In this document: positions 39,693 to 50,909 of the stretch, in pieces | Numbering within the stretch: position 1 is the first letter of the stretch | Layout of the letters: each line of letters starts with the position of its first letter | Source: the human T2T-CHM13v2.0 reference genome, Homo sapiens | DNA length: 64,000 nucleotides | Assembly: GCF_009914755.1 (NCBI RefSeq) | Contig: NC_060927.1 | Reading direction: 5' to 3' (one strand) | Position numbers and translations under genes: made by a program | Notes under the pieces: model-generated | What the model saw: the letters and a program-made list of their open reading frames with translations, nothing else | Databases searched by the model: none | What the model was told of the DNA's origin: nothing

Positions 39693-40949
39693 AACCAAAC
39701 AATAACCAAGGACAAACCGTGCTTAATTTAACTGAAAAATGTTTACATTTATAGATTAATACCAAATGTTTTTCAATTATGTTTAAAACCTTAAGAAAAG
39801 CAAAGTTTTCCGTTTATAATTGTAGTTGAATGAGTGTCAGTGACAACACAGAGTACTGTAAGTATTGTTTTCTGCACACAAAAGCCTCTATGAATCTTTT
39901 CCAAAAAAGCCCAATTGATGTCACCCTGGGACAGAGCCAAAAAATCTTTCTGATGAAAGTAATGCTGAGGTCAAAAATAAAGAATCTGAAAACGTGAGCC
40001 AAAACAGATTGAGACTGAGTAGAAGAGAGGGATAACATTGTTCGGGGAACTGCAAGAGCTTTAGTCTTGAAGCATGAAGGATAAAGTAGGAATTCCTAAG
40101 GAGGTAGATGCCAAAACTCCTTAGCTGGGAAGCTATGTAAGAGGCAGCTAAAAAGTAACTCCCCCAGATGCCTCTCACTTTCAACACACATACTCGGTAT
40201 GGTAAAAATAAATCTCACTGGCTTCTTCTTCAGATCTCTTTTCTGTGGAGAGGCCTTAGTGGGCACTGCTGCTGGGAAACAAATAAAGCTTTTGTTTGTG
40301 CTTTCTTCAGCAGAGCCTGGTGCTAGCTCTGTCACTCAGGAAACAGAACTCAATTGTTTCTCTCTCCTCATCCCTCTCTTGTTAACCAAATATGCTCATT
40401 TCCTGACAGTCAGTGGTACCATGTAAGGCCTCCTCCCCTCTTCTGCCTTCAGCTGCAAGGCTTCCATCTGAGTTGAGGTCAACACATACGCAGGAATGAA
40501 AAGAAATGATAAGGAGGAAATGTTTCAGTGGAATAAAATGTAAACTATGTACACCTCTGCCCTGCCACTGGTGGTTCCTGGGGGCTCCTTCTCCTGCCTG
40601 GCCACAGGCATCTGCTTGTTCCCAACTCAAGGCTTTCACATTTGCTGTATTTTCTGCTTGAAATATGAACCTTCCCTGTCATTTCAGTGGCTTCTTCAGC
40701 ATTCTTCATTTTAGTCCACCCATGGGGCACAGAGGACCTTCCTGGACAGAGCCAGACTTGTGTTAGCCTCCTACTCAGGAGAGGCCTGGCTGGTGCCCTT
40801 CAGAACCCAAGGCAGAGGAACTGGCAGTCTCTGGAAAGCTCACAATGCAGTCATCCAAAGGCACAGCTTCACTGAGTGTACTTAGTTCTTTTTCCTCATG
40901 CGGGGTGTCATAGGTCTTGCCCAAAGAAAGAGATCAGGATAAGGGAGTT

Positions 40950-41170
40950 CCAGGGTGTCACGCAAGAGCCTAGGATTGACGCTGTCTCTTCTCTTACTAG
41001 CTCTGTGACCTTGAGCAACCCACTGATCTTCTTTGTACATCTGTTTCCTTATATGTAAATGAGTTTTAAAAGCCTTCTTATAGATAAAGAAGGTTAACTT
41101 AAAAATAATAGTTGACCCATAAGGTTACATTTAGGAATGGAAAGAATATGTTTGCGAAGATTTAGTAAAG
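40950..41170 (+). mobile_element. MIR fragment
   Basis: 'cttactagctctgtgaccttgagcaa...ctgtttcctt'. Confidence 0.6.
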
Positions 41171-41367
41171 TTTCTCAAGAGGTGTGTCTTCAATTTATTT
41201 TGATTGTATTGTGGTTTTCAATGATATTATTAGTTATGAAATGAACGACAGTTTCACTTGGTGGGTACCAAACTCTTTCAGATGACTCTAAGATTTCTTA
41301 GAGGCACTTCAGGTTACGCAAATGTCTAATCCTATTTTTTAATAGATTTTGTTTTTTAGGTTTTAAA

Positions 41368-42608
41368 ATAGATTTTATTTTTTAGTTTTAGGTTTATAGC
41401 AAAGCTGAGCAGAAGGTACACTGATTTTCCACATACTCCCTGCCCCCACATACTCATAGCTTCCCCCACTAGCAATATCCCACGTAAGAGCACTATATTT
41501 GTTATAATGAAACTCCATATGACATTGACATATCATTGTCACCCAAAGTTCATACTATACATTAGGGTTCACCCTTGGTGTTGCACGTTCTATAAGCTTT
41601 GCAAATGTATCATAACATGTAGCCATCATTACAGTATTATGCAGAATAGTATCACTGCCCTGAAAGTTCTCTGTGCTCTGCTGATTCATTCCCTCTTCTT
41701 CCCTAACCCCAGACAACCACTGATCTTTTTACTGTCTTCATAGTTGTGCCTGTTGCAGAATGTTACGTAGTTGGAACCATAAAGTTTGTAGCTTTTTTAG
41801 ATTGGCTTGCTTCACATGGTAATTTTCACTGTGTGACAGTGCATTTCTTTTTAATGGTGAATAATATTCCATTGAATGGATATACCGCAGTTTACTTATT
41901 CATTCACCTATTGAAGGACATCTTGGTTTCTTCCACATTTTGGTAATTATTAATTTAGCTGCTATAGATATCTGCATGCAGATTTTTGTATGGACGTGTT
42001 TCTAACTAATATGAGAAAATTCCAAGGAGCATGATTTTTGAATTATATGTTCAGAAGAAACTACCAAACTGTCTTCCAAGGTGGCTACACAATTTTTCAT
42101 TGCCATCTGCAATAAAAGAGAGTCCCTGTTGCTCCACATTCTCACCAGCATTTGGTGTTCTCACTGTTTTGAATTTTTGCCATTTAAATAGGTGTATAGA
42201 GGTATCTCATCATTTTGAGTCACATTTCCCTGATAATATACGATGGTGAACATCTTTTTATGTGCTTATTAGTCATCTGTATCTTTTTTGGTGAGATGTC
42301 TGTTCAGATCTTTTGCCCATTTGTTGTGGGCAACCAATCTGGTTGTTCACTTTCTTACTGTTGAGTTTTAAGAGGGTTTTTTCAGGGGGTGGGTATATTT
42401 TGGATAACAGTCTTTTTTTTTTATCAGATATGTGTTTTGCAAATATTTTCTCCCAGTCTATGGGGTCATCTTCTTATTCTTTGTTAGTGGCCTCGACAGA
42501 GCAGAAACCTTTAATTCTAATGAAGTCTGGCTTATGAATTAGTTTTAATGAATCATGGTTTCGGTGTGGTATCTATAATGTCATCACCATACTCAAAGTC
42601 ACCTAGAT
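41368..42608 (-). mobile_element. L1MC-type 3' end (3'UTR plus end of ORF2)
   Basis: 'agttttaggtttatagcaaa...agcagaaggtac...caaactgtcttccaaggtggct...cctgttgctccacattctcaccagcatttgg...tttgcaaatattttctcccagtct'. Confidence 0.9.
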
Positions 42609-42712
42609 AGGAGATGGCAAGGTGGAGGGACTTCCTTTCTCCATATTTTTTTAGACAAGATGAACATATATTATATCCTAAATATATCAACCAAATTGTT
42701 TAAATAAGCATG

Positions 42713-42784
42713 CCAAGTGTTATACAATAGATTTTCATGCCCCCAAAACCAAGTGTTACATAATAAACATTCATGGCCCCAAAC
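42713..42784. repeat. Diverged 36-bp tandem duplication
   Basis: 42713-48 vs 42749-84, 29/36 identical, ungapped. Confidence 0.75.
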
Positions 42785-43612
42785 AATGTAATTTTAGATT
42801 TACCAAAGTTATGAAAAGAAAAGAAAAAAGCTCTGTTTTTCCTTTTTAAAAAAATCAATCATTTCTAACTCAGTCTCCTAACTTGAAATTTTTGATACAC
42901 ATTTGGAAATTAATTGTGTGCTGCCTCATGAGATGCAGTTCAACGTTTAGAAACATGGTAATGGTTCTAAGAGCCAAATAGGGTCCTCAGGAATCTGGGA
43001 AGAAGGGCAGGAATTACTTTAGGATTAATGTAAGTTTTATAATACTGAAGTTGAGATTCCTAAGTGAAAAGGAAAGGAATGAAAACAAAACTTGTTTATG
43101 TCTCTAAAGTGGGAGTTGCAATTTCACATACCCGCAGAAGTCAGGAGAGGTAAATGAAAAAATAGTTTAACAAGATGCTTGTTAAAATATGTTAATAAAT
43201 AGTTTTCTCTCCTGACTCATTCCCTGACCTTTGAAGGGATTCTTTATTTGGACACCTTGACTTTCAACTCCACTTTCCCCCAAGATTATGCCTTCAGTTT
43301 CCCCTTTGCCCTGCAGCCTATTCTTTTGTGAAACTCCATGTAACTATCAGACTCAGCGCCCCAGCCAAGAGCAAAGTTCTCCATTTGCTAATAAGGAAAG
43401 GAATTTAGACATGCATAATGTTGCAAGAAAACTAAGAAAATAGAAGAGGTAAGCCAAGTAGAGCAAGAGCTCCAATATGCATGTGTGAGTAGACAGAGAG
43501 CCTTCCCCACTTTGACAATGATGGCAGCCCGCAGAATTTGTTTTTGCAACAGTTAGGCTCAGCAATTCTCCAAGCAGCGGCAATGTTCCTGCACTCACAC
43601 TGCACATGGTTT

Positions 43613-44459
<847 letters not shown>

Positions 44460-44749
44460 GTTTGACTGTGTTTGAATTTCTCATTGAATGAGTCCATAAG
44501 AAAGTAAAGAGAGAGCAGCAAAATATACCTAAGAAAATTAAGCTCAAACACTTGACATAGTGAATATAAATGACTTCTAGACTCTCACTGGAGAAAAGGA
44601 AGGAAATTAAGAAGAGAGAACTCTGTTAAGTCGTTAGTGGAAGGAAACCACTGTTGAACATTACTGAGAATGCATGTATACTCTTTGTTGTCCTTCCCCT
44701 GATGCTGTACCCCAGGAAAGCAAGGCTACAGATGTTTCCTCAACAAAAC

Positions 44750-44990
44750 ACTGAATGTAGTAGAGCAATGCAGCTATTCTGGACTTGGAGTCAGACGACC
44801 CAAGTTCACATTCTGGCTCCACCGTCATCATGCTCTCTCTCACAAATTATCTCCCTAGACACTGGCCTCCTAATTTTTAAAAAAGAGATGACATAAAAAT
44901 ATTCATCTTATACTGCTATTAAAGAAAGGACAAGAGGTAATATATGTACAAGAATTTTCAAACACTAAAGTGCCTTATTAATTTGAGGTT
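44750..44990 (+). mobile_element. MIR
   Basis: 'ctggacttggagtcagacgacccaagttcacattctggctc...'. Confidence 0.65.
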
Positions 44991-45717
44991 GTTTAATGAC
45001 TTTTTAATGCTTTAGCGCTTATGGTGTTCATACTAAGTATTTGTGATTTAAATGATACAGATCAGAAAGATAATTCAGAGTTTTAATCCAAAAAAGAGTC
45101 TGGATATTAACAGAGACATTTGGCAGGATAGAAATAAGTAGTGTAAATAATATGAAGGGTTTCTAAGTCATGTAAAACATCAGTTAAAATCCAAGATCTG
45201 CAATGTACTAACTATGTGATCACAGAGCTATCACTTTTCATATCCCAATGTCCTCATCTGTGAATTATTCTTTGCATTTTTTTCAGTATTAAGTAAGAAA
45301 GCACAGCAGACCATAACATTACTTTTCTTTTCTTTCCTCCCTTCTACTTCTTGACATGCATTTTCAGTGTCCCAAGCTCATTAAAATCCAATAAAATAAA
45401 TGTACCTCAATAGGTCCAAACAAAAGTAGTGGCATGGCATAAGGTGGAGAATAAATGTTTCTTTCATGGTAGACAATGTTGGAGTCTATTCAGCTTGTGA
45501 TTCTATAACTATGTATCATTTATGTTCTCATAAACCCATAGCACCTAGGGTAAAGAAGTTTCAGGTGATGCAAGACTAACATTAGAGTGTGCAGTGGTCA
45601 TTATAAAGTGGGATGCAGAGCACCGTGGGAAAATTATGTTTGTGACTGTCACTGTGACTTTATAGTTTTGGGGCTTTTTTTTTTTTTTTTTTCCTGACTA
45701 GGCACTGTACCTAGGAG

Positions 45718-46167
45718 TGTGAAAGGAAAATAAAGCTTGGGGCCCCCAAATCACTAAGCTAAAGGGAAAAGTCAAGTGGGAACTGCTTAGGGCAAACTTG
45801 CCTCCCATTCTATTCAAAGTCACCCCTCTGCTCACTGAGATAATTGATTGCCTCCTTTGGAGAGGCTAATCAGAAACTCAAAATAATACAATCATTTTTC
45901 TCTTATCTGCCTATGACCTGGAAGGCCCCTCATGACTTCAAGTCTTCCTGCCTTTGCTTAAAGTTGCCCACCTTTCCAGATTGAACCAATGTTCATCTTA
46001 CATATGTTGATTGACATCTCATGTCTCCCTAAAATGTATAAAACCAAACTATGCTCTGACCGCCTTGGACACATGTTGTCAGAACCTCCTGAGGCTGTGT
46101 CACAGGCGTGCATCCTCAACCTTGGCAAAATAAACTTTCTAAATTAAATGAGACCTGTATCACATTG
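45718..46167 (+). mobile_element. MER4A/MER4A1 solo LTR (ERV1), extreme 3' end missing
   Basis: tgtgaaaggaaaataaa...ggggccccc...tcactaagctaaaggg...ccttggcaaaataaactttctaaatt...gagacctgt. Confidence 0.9.
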
Positions 46168-46236
46168 TTTAAACAGAACAACTTAAGCAATGACACATTT
46201 CTCCAATAAATGAAAATGTGTATTAAAATATTTTAA

Positions 46237-46557
46237 GGCCAGGCGCGGTGGCTCACGCCTGTAATCCCAGCACTTTGGGAGGCCGAGTTGGGTGGATCAC
46301 GAGGTCAGGAGATCGAGACCATTCTGGCTAACATGGTGAAACCCCATCTCTACTAAAAATACAAAAAATTAGCCAGGCGTGGTGGCGGGTGCCTGTAGTA
46401 CCAGCTACTCAGGAGGCTGAGGCAGGAGAATGGCGTGAACCTGGGAGGCGGAGCTTGCAGTGAGCCGAGATAGCGCCACTGCTCTCCAGCCTGGGTAACA
46501 GAGTGAGACTCCATCTCAAAAAAATAATAAGTAAAATAATAATAGAGAAAAAAAAAC
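46237..46557 (+). mobile_element. AluY/Sc
   Basis: GATCACGAGGTCAGGAGATCGAGACC, ATGGCGTGAACC. Confidence 0.9.
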
Positions 46558-48460
46558 ATTGTAAACACAATGTAGTGGAAGTATGCCTGAGAAGGCGAAA
46601 CTTAGACTGGTTTTAACATGGGTGTGTTAGAGGAGACACTTGCTTCAGAGTCCAGGCCTGTTTTGTGATGGAAGTGTCATCACAGTCTGTCACTTTCCTA
46701 GGGCAGGGTGAGGTATTTGTTTTTCTTCCTTCCTGGATATCTTGAGAAACCACTATAAGACAAACAAGTTGCAGCAAACAATGAAAACATCTGCCTTTCT
46801 GGCAGCAGTAGCTGAGACTCCCCACTTCTCCTTCAACAAAGTCTTGGCATTAGGTCTGACCTTGGAAATGAATGGGGACAAAGTGCTTGAAGCCAGCAAT
46901 GGTAGCAACAGCTCAGTGCTCTTTACAGAGCAAAGGTTTCCCAGGAGCAAGCCAAAGTATGTCTTGTACATAGCCAGGGTCATTGCATTGCAGCAGGAGA
47001 GGCATCAGTGAGGAGATAATTTCTTTGGAAATGTCCTTCACTTTAGGCTGTAAGTCTTGGTCCAGAATAATGAGTTTGTGGAGGCAGTTTCAGCATATTC
47101 CAGCCTCAAAGTGAGGTGTGTGGAGTCTCAGTTCCCTGAATATGATGAGTAGGTGTAAGACCTTGGAACATTTGAGGTTACCCTGAAGAAGATGACTAAA
47201 AGAGAGGAGAGAAGCCTAGTATAATGAAGGGTAATTCAATATGAAGTCTTAACTTGCTTTTGATTTGAATAATAAAATAATGAAACATTATTTGTCTCCT
47301 TATTTTAAATGGGGTCAATTGGTTGCCTTAGTAGTCATGATTAAGAATGCACTGAGGTGAATCTCATACCATCAACTAAGAAATGGAAAAACAATCAAAT
47401 TTCTCATATTAAAAAATTTACCCAACTTTTTCTCCTGCTTCGAAATTAAAAATTATTTTATCTCACATAGAAAGAATCCCTGCTTTGGAGAGAAGGCTGA
47501 AGTTGAATCTCCTTCAACTTTAAAAAAATGTATATGATTATAATTCTAGAAAATAATAGAAATACCATACATATGATAAGTCATAATTATTCTCATCATT
47601 CTATGTATTAGCCTTAATGAAAATATTGAGGGTCACTTACAAGATAGGCAACTAACTTTTTAAAGTTAGAATCATACTGATTAATGCTATTATTTGAGCC
47701 ATCAGAAATTTAGTTTGATTTTATTAATAGTATGACTTGGTAGAAAAATGGTTAAAAAAATAAGGAAAAATAAATACTGCAAAAAGTACAACAACAAATA
47801 TATGAGAGAAACCAAAATACAAAATTAAATGTTTTCAATTCAGCAGTTAGGATAGTTTTAAGTATGGTTGGATAGCTCTTAGAAACCTGAGGCCTGCCAC
47901 ATTTTGGCAAAGGTATAGAACATACATTCATGAAGAGACTTTATTCCTAACAGTTTAGTTGTAATGTTCTTGACTGAGGTCCTTGATACAGAAATGCGAC
48001 TGTGACAGATTCACTTAAGTGAATAACAAGCAGATATAATGAGTCAAAATGAATATTTTTGCAAGTTAAATTGAGTGTCTGTATTGAGAAAAGAGAGGAA
48101 AGATTACATTACTGGGTGGGAATTTTCAATGATACAAAAACAGATACTTTCTAAAGTAATTTTTAAAATTAATCTAGAGAGCTACTTCTAAATCACTGTA
48201 TTGAGAGAAGCAACAAGGACACCTCAGGGAATCACCTCAGGAAATTACAGACATATGAATTCTCACCTGACTATGACCCATCATCCTGTCACAGGCATGG
48301 CTTCCCTAACAGGTTGTCAGGCTGTCAGAAAAATTCCCTGTCTTTCCCCAGGTTTCAGTTTATTGCTACTACCTGAGACTATGAGATGGGCCACTCCTCG
48401 CTGAACACTAAAGCTAACCAACTAACTATTCCCAATCGTGATCCATTTAAGGTTGTGAAC

Positions 48461-49385
48461 TGTGAACCCCAACAATCTGAGACAGGTCTCAGTTAATTTA
48501 GAAAGTTTATTTTGCCAAGGTTGAGGACACATGCCCATGACACAGCCTCAGGGGGTCCTGACGACATGTGCCCAAGGTGGTCAGAGCACAGCTCGGTTTT
48601 ATACATTTTAGGGAGACATGAGACATCAATCAACATATATAAAATGAACATTGGTTCAGTCCGGAAAGGTGGGACAACTCAAAGCAAAAGTGGGACAACT
48701 CCAGGCAAGGAAGGGGATTCCGGGTCACAGGTAGGTGAGAGAAAAACGATTGTATTCTTTTGAGTTTCTGATTAGCCTTTCCAAATGAGGCAATCAGTGT
48801 CAGACCTCTGAGCCTAAACCAAGCCATCGCATCCTTTGCGACTTGCCCTTATACACCTAGATGGCCTGAAGTAACTGAAGAATCACAAAAGAAGTGAAAA
48901 TGCCCTGCCCCGCCTTAACTGATGACATTCCACCACAAAAGAAGTGAAAATGGCCGGTCCTTGCCTTAAGTGATGACATTACCTTGTGAAAGTCCTTTTC
49001 CTGGCTCATCCTGGCTCAAAAACTCCCCCACTGAGCACCCTGTGACCCCCACTCCTGCCCGCCAGAGAACAAACCCCCTTTGACTGTAATTTTCCTTTAC
49101 CTACCCAAATCTTATAAAACAGCCCCACCCCTATCTCCCTTCACTGACTCTCTTTTCAGACTCAGCCCGCCTGCACCCAGGTGATTAAAACCTTTATTGC
49201 TCACACGAAGCCTGTTTGGTGGTCTCTTCACATGGACGCGCATGAAATTCAGGTATGCATTTATCTCAGTGAACAGAGGGATGACTTTGAATAGAATAGG
49301 AGGCAGGTTTGCCCTAAGCAGTTTGCAGCTTGACTTTTCCCTTTAGCCTAGTGATTTTGGGGGCCCAAGATATTTCCCTTTCACA
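48461..49385 (-). mobile_element. MER4A/MER4A1 3' LTR of a minus-strand provirus, split by LTR7
   Basis: Reverse-complement homologue of 45718-46167 in two pieces (48461-48797, 49253-49385); followed by a pyrimidine run (minus-strand PPT) and internal sequence. Confidence 0.9.
48798..49247 (+). mobile_element. HERV-H solo LTR, LTR7 (type I), 450 bp
   Basis: TGTCAGACCTCTGAGCC...GGACGCGCATGAAA; duplicated CACAAAAGAAGTGAAAATG block; TATAAAA 49113-19; ATTAAA 49184-89; 5-bp TSD atcag/ttcag. Confidence 0.95.
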
Positions 49386-49473
49386 TTTCTTCCCTTTTCT
49401 TTCTAAAAAATCTTTTGGAGAAAACATTTCAGAAGAAAATGAGTCTCTGGTTCCAGCTTTCATCTGATCGCTC

Positions 49474-49908
49474 TTTCATGAGCGTCCGTGTGAAGAGACC
49501 ACCAAACAGGCTTTGTGTGAGCAACATGGCTGTTTATTTCACCTGGGTGCAGGTGGGCTGAGTCCAAAAGAGAGTCAGCGAAGGGAGACAGGGGTGGGGC
49601 CATTTTATAGGATTTAGGAAGGTAATGGAAAATTACAGTCAAAGGGAGTTGTTCTCTGGTGGGCAGGGGCGGGGGGTCACAAGGTGCTCAGTGGGGGAGC
49701 TTCTGAGCCAGGAGAAGGAAATTCACAGGGTTAATCACTCAGTTAAGATGCGGCAGGAACAAATCACAATGGTGGAATGTCATCAGTTAAGGCGGGGTAA
49801 GGGCCTTTTCACTTCTTTTGTGATTCTTCAGTTACTTCAGGCCATCTGGGCGTATACGTGCAAGTCACAGGGGATGCGATGGCTTGGCTTGGGCTCAGAG
49901 GCCTGACA
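49474..49908 (-). mobile_element. HERV-H solo LTR, LTR7Y-like, 435 bp
   Basis: Reverse complement TGTCAGGCCTCTGAGCCCAAGCCAAGCC...CCATTGTGATTTGTTCCTG...GTGATTAACCCTGTGAATTTCC...GAAATAAACAGCCATGTTG...CATGAAA; TATA at 49603-09 and AATAAA at 49533-38 on minus. Confidence 0.93.
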
Positions 49909-50582
49909 GGTAGGTCCTGAGTTACTAGGAAAGCTCATTTGTAGAAAGTTGTGAAGTCTCAGGTTTTATGAAGAGAAAATAGAGGGAGGAAGGGAGAAAA
50001 ACAACAACAAACAAAAAAACAATCCTGGTAAGTTGATACAGGCCACATGACTCTGAAGTTCATACATCAGTAGGCAGGTATGAAAGTGGCTTATCTATGT
50101 AAATAGGTTGTTGTTATTTACTTCTGAAGTTTAAGTTGTCTAGTTTCAGTTCACAGGGCTTTATGAGAGCAGAGCTTAGTTTTCAGTGATTCCAAATTAG
50201 GAAAAATTAGGGGAAAAAAAGAAGGAAAAAATTTAAAACATTATTTCTATGCCTGGTAGCCATGAAAAATTAGAATTCGGTTCAAACTGTGGAAAATAGT
50301 AAAAATTAAAAAACAATAGGCCAGACTAGAATCTAACAACAGGTGTACTATAGTTTTTGAAACTATAGAGTTTTCTCTCTCTAGTTTCCCATTTTTACTA
50401 AAGACAAATCATGGTAGGACTGATTTGCTTTATTATACTTGGCCTGATTATTTGTATACAGTGCAGCAAGAATAATTATTTTTATATAGGCTTTTAAATT
50501 GGTGTTGATGCAACTTTGTTCCATAGAAGGAATCTCAGATAAAACTTTTTAAAAGCTGAGCCCAGCCATGGATTTGTGCCAC

Positions 50583-50909
50583 TTTAATGCACATCCGTGT
50601 GAAGAGACCACCAAACAGGCTTTGTGTGAGCAATAAATTTTTTTATAAAACTTTTATAAAGTTTTATAGGATTTGGGTAGGTTAAGTGGAAAATTACAGT
50701 CAAAGGGGATTGTTCTCTGGCTGGCAGGGGTGGTCACAAGGTGCTCATTGGGGGAGCTTGAGAGCCAGGATGAGCCAGGAGAAAGAATTTTCACAAGGTA
50801 ATGTCATCAGTTAAGGCAGGAACCGGGCATTTTCACTTATTTTGTGATTCTTCACTTGCTTCAGGCCATCTGGATGAATATGTGCAGGCTTGGGTTAGGA
50901 GGCCTGACA
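50583..50909 (-). mobile_element. HERV-H solo LTR, older short-U3 variant (LTR7C/LTR7o-like), R region replaced
   Basis: Reverse complement TGTCAGGCCTCC...CCCAAGCCTGCAC...CCAGATGGCCTGAAGCAA...; shares the 3' end 'gtgtgaagagaccaccaaacaggctttgtgtgagcaa' with the other two. Confidence 0.9.

Noticed and set aside
43380-43530. Cluster of Oct/Sox-like words (ATTTGCTAAT, ATGCATAAT, ACAATG)
   Set aside because: All imperfect and not in composite spacing; expected by chance.
46600-47220. Overlapping sense/antisense ORFs in unassigned sequence as a processed pseudogene
   Set aside because: No recognisable protein, poly(A) tail or TSD; may be an old LTR remnant.
49474-50909. The two minus-strand HERV-H LTRs as the ends of one deleted HERV-H provirus
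   Set aside because: Their U3 structures differ, there is no tRNA-His PBS or HERV-H internal sequence, and the DNA between them is continuous MER4-int.
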